DNA of 64,000 nt, taken from Candidatus Latescibacterota bacterium. GTDB taxonomy: Bacteria > Latescibacterota > UBA2968 > GCA-2709665. Position 1 is the first letter of the stretch; each line of letters starts with the position of its first letter. The notes under the pieces were generated by a model. That model had not been told where the DNA came from. It saw only the letters and a program-made list of their open reading frames with translations, and did not search any database. The stretch is from NCBI GenBank assembly GCA_965219995.1, contig CBDCOX010000002.1, positions 768,001 through 832,000 of the forward strand, read 5' to 3'. The position numbers and the translations under genes were made by a program. Below, in pieces: positions 58,928 to 64,000 of this stretch.

Positions 58928-59203
58928 TTACGGATTCAGGGCGTTCTGCACGGCGTCCCGATCGGCGGTCAGTCTCTGAAGTTCTTGTTTCTTTTCGGCC
59001 AGCGTGCGTTCCAGTTCGGCACGCTTCTGCCGGCACGCAGCCAGATCCGCTTCGGCCGCCCGGGCATTGTTCCTTGCCTCCTCCAGCATCTGGAGATCTT
59101 CGTCCGACGCCATCACGTGACAGCCCGACAGAAGGGGAAGCAGGAACAGCGCCAGGACGACGCCAAATCCCGTGAAACGATCCTTCAGATTGCGCTTAGC
59201 CAT
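58928..59203 (-). CDS. small alanine-zipper/coiled-coil lipoprotein (Lpp/OprI-like)
   Basis: Lipobox LSG-C; Ala/Glu-rich heptads; RBS AAGGAG. Confidence 0.75.
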   Translation of the reverse strand: MAKRNLKDRFTGFGVVLALFLLPLLSGCHVMASDEDLQMLEEARNNARAAEADLAACRQKRAELERTLAEKKQELQRLTADRDAVQNALNP

Positions 59204-59340
59204 CGATGTCTCCTTGGGGACACGTGTTCATGCGTTGAAGAAACGTTGAATTAACAGACAGACACAAAAACGGCGACTGACGTTGAGCACAGGAAACAAG
59301 CTCGAGATCACCGTCCGGCCAGGTCACAATTAGTGCCTCC

Positions 59341-59369
59341 AAATTACTACAAGAACCCATCAAAGTCAA
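59341..59369 (-). promoter_or_regulatory. promoter of the lipoprotein-LysM operon
   Basis: Minus strand TTGACT, 17 bp, TAATTT. Confidence 0.5.
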
Positions 59370-59415
59370 GAAAAAAAACATCACGAACGCGTGCGGGACA
59401 ACGCCCGAATGAGGC

Positions 59416-61212
59416 TCATGGATGGACCGATTCGCCGCCCAGCAGCCGGATACCGAGTTCTCTCAATTGGCCGGCGTCGACCGCCGACGGAGCGCCGTCC
59501 ATCAGCGAGGCCGCATTGTTGGTTTTGGGAAAGGCGATCACGTCACGGATGTAATCCCGGCCAGCCATCAGGGCGACCAGGCGGTCGTACCCGAATGCGA
59601 TGCCGCCGTGCGGCGGCGCGCCATACCGGAACGCGTCCATGAGAAAGCCGAATTTCTCTTCCGCCTCATCGGGAGAAATATCCAGCAGATCAAACATCTT
59701 CTCCTGTATTTCGCGACGGTGGATACGAATGCTGCCGCCTGCTATTTCATTCCCGTTGAGCACGAGGTCGTACGCGCGCGCACGCACGCCGGAAGGATCG
59801 GTAGCCATTTTTTCGATGTCTTCATCCAGCGGCGACGTGAACGGGTGGTGGCACGCCGCATACCGCTTCTCGCCCGGATCCCATTCCACCAGGGGAAAAT
59901 GGGTCACCCACAGGAAGCTGAACTTACCGCGGTCCAGCAGATTCAGGTGATCCCCCAGCCTCAGACGCAAGTTGCCGAGTACCTCGGCCACAATGGACGG
60001 CCGGTCAGCCGCAAACAGCAGAAGATCGCCCGGCTCGGCCTGCATGGCCTCCCGCAGCAGAGCCTGCGACCGTTCGGGGAAGAATTTGACAATTGCCGAT
60101 TCCATGCCGCTGTCCGTTACCCTGATCCACGCCAGTCCCCTCGCCCCGAAACCGCTCACGAAGGCGCCGAGATCGTCAATCTGCTTGCGCGAAAACGTGC
60201 CGCAACCCCTGGCATTGATGCCGCGAACCTGTCCCCGTTCGGCCAGCACGCGCTTGAACACCTGGAATTCGGAAGCTTCGGCGGCGGCGGCCAGGTCCAC
60301 AATTTCCAGCCCGAACCGGGTGTCCGGCTTGTCGGACCCGTAGGTGTCGAGCGCCTCCGTGTGGGAGAGACGGGGAAAGGGCCTGTGCAAGTCGATGTCC
60401 AGAATATCCTTGAAGAGGCCGGCGGTAAGCCGCTCGGCGGCGTCCATGACGTCGTCTTCATTGACAAATGACATCTCAATGTCGATTTGCGTGAATTCCG
60501 GCTGCCGGTCTCCCCGAAGATCTTCATCTCTGAAACAGCGCACGATCTGAAAGTAACGGTCGAATCCGGCCACCATGACAAGCTGCTTGTAGGTTTGCGG
60601 GGACTGTGGCAGGGCGTAGAAGTGACCCGGATTGATCCGGCTGGGCACCAGATAGTCGCGTGCCCCCTCGGGCGTACTCTTCATCAGAAACGGCGTTTCG
60701 ACCTCGATAAAGCCGTCGTCTGAAAGGCGGCGTCGCGTGGCCTGCGATATGCGGTGCCGAAGCAGGATGTCTGCTTGAATGTCCGGCCGGCGCAGATCGA
60801 GGTAACGGTGGCGGAGCCGGATTTCTTCGTTGGCATCCGACCCTGCTTCGATGAGAAAGGGCGGGGTTTCCGATTCGTTCAGAATTTTCAGTTCGGATGC
60901 CTCGACGTCGATTTCGCCCGTAGGCAGGTTCGGATTCGCCATGCCTTCCGGTCGGGACTCCACCCTGCCTTTGACCGCGAGCACGAATTCGTTCCGGATG
61001 GCTTCGGCGTTCCTGTGAATTTCAGGACTCAGATCGGGGCGAAAGACGACCTGCGTGAGCCCGTCCCGGTCGCGCAGGTCGGCGAAGATCACGCCGCCAT
61101 GATCCCTGCGTTTGGCGACCCAGCCCATCAGGGTGACCTGCCTGCCGATGTCCCGGGCGCGAAGGTCGCCGCAGGAGTGCGTGCGTTTCCAGTCGCCGAG
61201 GGATTTCGCCAT
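59416..61212 (-). CDS. aspS: aspartate-tRNA ligase (probably non-discriminating)
   Basis: RTHSCG, RRDHGG, STPEGARDY, FRDED.R.DRQPEFTQ, GAPPHGG. Confidence 0.97.
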   Translation of the reverse strand: MAKSLGDWKRTHSCGDLRARDIGRQVTLMGWVAKRRDHGGVIFADLRDRDGLTQVVFRPDLSPEIHRNAEAIRNEFVLAVKGRVESRPEGMANPNLPTGEIDVEASELKILNESETPPFLIEAGSDANEEIRLRHRYLDLRRPDIQADILLRHRISQATRRRLSDDGFIEVETPFLMKSTPEGARDYLVPSRINPGHFYALPQSPQTYKQLVMVAGFDRYFQIVRCFRDEDLRGDRQPEFTQIDIEMSFVNEDDVMDAAERLTAGLFKDILDIDLHRPFPRLSHTEALDTYGSDKPDTRFGLEIVDLAAAAEASEFQVFKRVLAERGQVRGINARGCGTFSRKQIDDLGAFVSGFGARGLAWIRVTDSGMESAIVKFFPERSQALLREAMQAEPGDLLLFAADRPSIVAEVLGNLRLRLGDHLNLLDRGKFSFLWVTHFPLVEWDPGEKRYAACHHPFTSPLDEDIEKMATDPSGVRARAYDLVLNGNEIAGGSIRIHRREIQEKMFDLLDISPDEAEEKFGFLMDAFRYGAPPHGGIAFGYDRLVALMAGRDYIRDVIAFPKTNNAASLMDGAPSAVDAGQLRELGIRLLGGESVHP

Positions 61213-61301
61213 ATTCAAGGCTCCGGTAGAGGTGCGAGATTTATCGCGGTGGCGCCGCCAGGGCGTTTCTCCATATCGTTATATCGTTACCCTGGGGTAA
61301 A

Positions 61302-62582
61302 TCATGTCGTTCTTATGTGTTCCGAGAGTTTGTTGATATCGTCGGACGGCAGAATGGTCTGCGCTCCTGTTGCCAGTTTTTTCAACACAACGGTATTCGA
61401 CCGTAATTCGTCGGGTCCGACGATGGCAACAAACGGAATGCCCTTTCGGTGGGCGTATTTCAGCTGCCGGTCGAGTCGTTGACCGGGCTTGAGACCGAGT
61501 TCGACGGCGAGTCCCCGGGATCTGGCCCGTCTCGCGTATTCCGCGGCGGGTTCGGCCACGTCTTCGGAAAAGACCGTGACGAGCAGGTCGGGAACCCCGG
61601 CGGCGACGTCGGTGATCAGATCCGATTCCTTCAACAGTTCGGTGATCGCCATGTCGCCAACCGCAAAGCCAACACCGGGAACCGGCCTCCTGCCGCCGAC
61701 CTGCAAGGTAAGGTTGTCGTACCGGCCGCCGCCGAACAGAGCGCGCTTCAGTGAATTCCTCGCCCAGGCTTCAAAGACAATGCCGGTGTAATAGTCGAAG
61801 CCGCGAACGATCTTCGGGTCGGCTTCAATGTATTCCGAGACATCGTTCTTTTCGAGAAGCCGGATGACCCGTTCGAGCCGCGGCGAGAACCCCGGGGCTT
61901 TGCTTTCCAGAGTTTTCACGAGCCCGTCGATCTGTTCCGGAACCAGGCCGAGGGCTTCCAGTCCTGCGCTGAATTTCTCGAAGGGGATCCTGTCGATCCG
62001 GTCGACGATGGCGAAGAGCGGCCGAATCTGATCCGGGAGCAGGCCGAGGGAGCGGATGAGGTGACACTCGAGGCCGTGTCGATCGTTGAGCCTCACCGTC
62101 ACCTGACCGGAAGACAGTCCGAGAACCTTGAAAAGTTCGCAGGCGATCGTAACGATTTCGACGTCGGCATAGAGCGTATCGCTTCCTAGCAGATCGATGT
62201 TCCATTGAAAGAAAGACCTTCCTCTGCCACGCTGAGGACGTTCGTACCGATAAAAGCGTCCGTACGACTGCCAGCGCAGGGGAAAGACGAGCCGGTCTTC
62301 CTCCTGGGCTACCATGCGGGCGAGAGTAGGCGTGAGTTCCGGTCGAAGAACGAGGGTCTTCTCGTCGCGGCCGGACAACGAGAATGTCTGCCGGCCCACA
62401 ATCTCTTCGCTGGTCTTCCCCAGGTAGAGGTCCATGTATTCGACGATGGGCCCCTCGTACTCCTGATAGCCGTATCCGGCGCCAAGCGAGATGCACGTTT
62501 CACCGAGCCACTTCTGAAGGGCCCAGTCTTCAGGGTAGAAGTCCCTGACTCCTTTGACGCGTGGGATGCGTTCAGCCGCCAT
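61302..62582 (-). CDS. hisS: histidine-tRNA ligase
   Basis: LRPELT, RYERPQRGR, RGFDYYTG.VFE, GGGRYD, C-terminal anticodon-binding domain. Confidence 0.95.
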   Translation of the reverse strand: MAAERIPRVKGVRDFYPEDWALQKWLGETCISLGAGYGYQEYEGPIVEYMDLYLGKTSEEIVGRQTFSLSGRDEKTLVLRPELTPTLARMVAQEEDRLVFPLRWQSYGRFYRYERPQRGRGRSFFQWNIDLLGSDTLYADVEIVTIACELFKVLGLSSGQVTVRLNDRHGLECHLIRSLGLLPDQIRPLFAIVDRIDRIPFEKFSAGLEALGLVPEQIDGLVKTLESKAPGFSPRLERVIRLLEKNDVSEYIEADPKIVRGFDYYTGIVFEAWARNSLKRALFGGGRYDNLTLQVGGRRPVPGVGFAVGDMAITELLKESDLITDVAAGVPDLLVTVFSEDVAEPAAEYARRARSRGLAVELGLKPGQRLDRQLKYAHRKGIPFVAIVGPDELRSNTVVLKKLATGAQTILPSDDINKLSEHIRTT

Positions 62583-62668
62583 GATCTTCAAGATTCCAGG
62601 TGGATAAGCCCTTGATTTTCAGCCAAATCGACAAAGATACACACAAGTCGATCCATTGTCAAGACATA

Positions 62669-63871
62669 TCAGGATTCCGGTCGAAATGCGGCTTCGAGGT
62701 GCCGAATCCGGGGCGTTTCGTCCTCGAAGCAAACGGCAATTACGTCGAATCGCGGGGTCGTTCCGGGGTCAGGGTGACGCTGGAGATACGCCCTCGCGAC
62801 CCGGACGATCTGACGCTGCTTGTTGCGGGTCACGCGGGTTTCGGGCGGTCCGAATCCTGTTGCGGCCGTGGTTTTCACTTCGACAAATGCGAGGGTTCGT
62901 CCCCTCGTTGCGATAAGATCGACTTCTCCGCCCACCGCCCGGTAGTTTCGATGGAGTATCCGGTAGCCGGCGTTCGCGAGCATGACGGCGGCCGCGTTCT
63001 CCCCCCGCCTGCCAGCCCATGGCAGACGCGTCTGTACCTGTCCAATGCGGCTGGCATGGACATCCTGGCTTGTCTTCCGGGGTGCGTCGCCCGCACGGCG
63101 GGACGGCTGCACGCCATTGAAGGACAACCGGTGGATCCGACAGGGACCGTGGGTTCGGAGCGCGCACCGGTGGCTGGCGCTCCCATATCCCTTGTGGTCG
63201 GCAAAACCGTATACCGGGAACTCACGATGGAACGCCGCCATTTTTCGGTCTCGCGTTACTTTGGCGAGTATGGAAGCTGCTGCAATAGAAAGGGAAGCCG
63301 CGTCGCCGTCGATCACGGCGGATTCCGGAAAGGGGCTGCCGGGGACCCCTGCGCCGTCCACCAGTACGCGGTCGGGTGATGCGCCGAGCCGTTCAATGGC
63401 GCGTCGCATGGCCAGATAAGTGGCCTGCAGGACATTCATGCGGTCGATTTCTTCAGCCGAGGCCTCGCCGGTGGCATGGGCGACGGCGATTCCCTGGATC
63501 CGGTCGTAAAGCCTCTCCCGTTTGAGAGGCGTGAGTACCTTGGAGTCGTTCAGTCCGTGGATCAGCGCATCCGGGGGTAAAATAACGGCGGCGGCGACGA
63601 CCGGTCCGGCCAGGGGCCCTCTTCCGGCTTCGTCGACGCCCGCGATAAGGCGGAGTCCCCTTGCGCGCAGCTTGCTTTCCAGGACCCGCATTTTTTCCAG
63701 ACGTGCGCGTTCGGCCGCCGCGGACCTGCGGCGTCGACGCTCCTTCAGCGCCAGGCTGCGTACGCCGGCGCGCGGGTCCGCATCCAGGACGTCCAGCAGG
63801 GCAGCGTCGATTTCGTCCGATTCACGCAGAAAGTCGCGAACCTGGGAAACGGTAAGACTGGAAAAGTCCAT
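62669..63871 (-). CDS. rnhB: ribonuclease HII fused to a C-terminal YraN-family nuclease domain
   Basis: RNase HII motifs GVDEAGRGPLAGPV, DSK, SIAAASILAKVTRD, HKGY, IHR.SF; then YraN motifs GENAA, RNYR...GEVDLIA, FVEVKT, RFDVIAV in the same ORF. Confidence 0.93.
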   Translation of the reverse strand: MDFSSLTVSQVRDFLRESDEIDAALLDVLDADPRAGVRSLALKERRRRRSAAAERARLEKMRVLESKLRARGLRLIAGVDEAGRGPLAGPVVAAAVILPPDALIHGLNDSKVLTPLKRERLYDRIQGIAVAHATGEASAEEIDRMNVLQATYLAMRRAIERLGASPDRVLVDGAGVPGSPFPESAVIDGDAASLSIAAASILAKVTRDRKMAAFHREFPVYGFADHKGYGSASHRCALRTHGPCRIHRLSFNGVQPSRRAGDAPRKTSQDVHASRIGQVQTRLPWAGRRGENAAAVMLANAGYRILHRNYRAVGGEVDLIATRGRTLAFVEVKTTAATGFGPPETRVTRNKQRQIVRVARAYLQRHPDPGTTPRFDVIAVCFEDETPRIRHLEAAFRPES

Positions 63872-64000
63872 GGGAACGTGGGTCCAACAGGTGTCCGAGA
63901 CGCATAACAGTACGTTGAATTATGGTCGAATGCGCGTGAACATGCAAGAAAAAGCGCCCCGCCAGGCGCCGCTGAATGTTGAATTCGGGAATTTTTGGAC

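Noticed and set aside
59204-59340. c-di-AMP or other riboswitch in the lipoprotein leader
   Set aside because: A hairpin is possible, but no ydaO or other consensus elements are visible.

Overview
GC-rich bacterial chromosomal window using the standard genetic code. The gene set (SprA, dockerin-like/EF-hand modules, LptFG, Gram-positive-type LexA box) suggests a diderm FCB-associated lineage such as Latescibacterota; this assignment is inference. Housekeeping blocks: sufBC, an 11-gene nuoABCDHIJKLMN complex I lacking nuoEFG, lexA, dprA, obg, coaD, sprA, lptFG, nrdR-nrdJ, phoH-HD-ybeY-CBS, aspS, hisS, an rnhB-yraN fusion and three tRNAs. Accessory genes: two tandem dockerin-tagged heparinase II/III-like lyases, a CreD-like protein, a TonB-dependent receptor, a tetraheme cytochrome c and a PqqD-like/unknown gene pair. 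The main hidden signal is two genes that the ORF track splits at a single in-frame TGA, each followed by a SECIS-like hairpin. One is a secreted outer-membrane beta-barrel-type protein with a putative selenocysteine near its mature N-terminus (34223-35188), apparently co-transcribed with a beta-propeller lipoprotein. The other is a thioredoxin-like lipoprotein with a U-P-V-C motif (52011-52607). A ~60-bp palindromic element occurs twice, in the leaders of sprA and an M23 peptidase gene.
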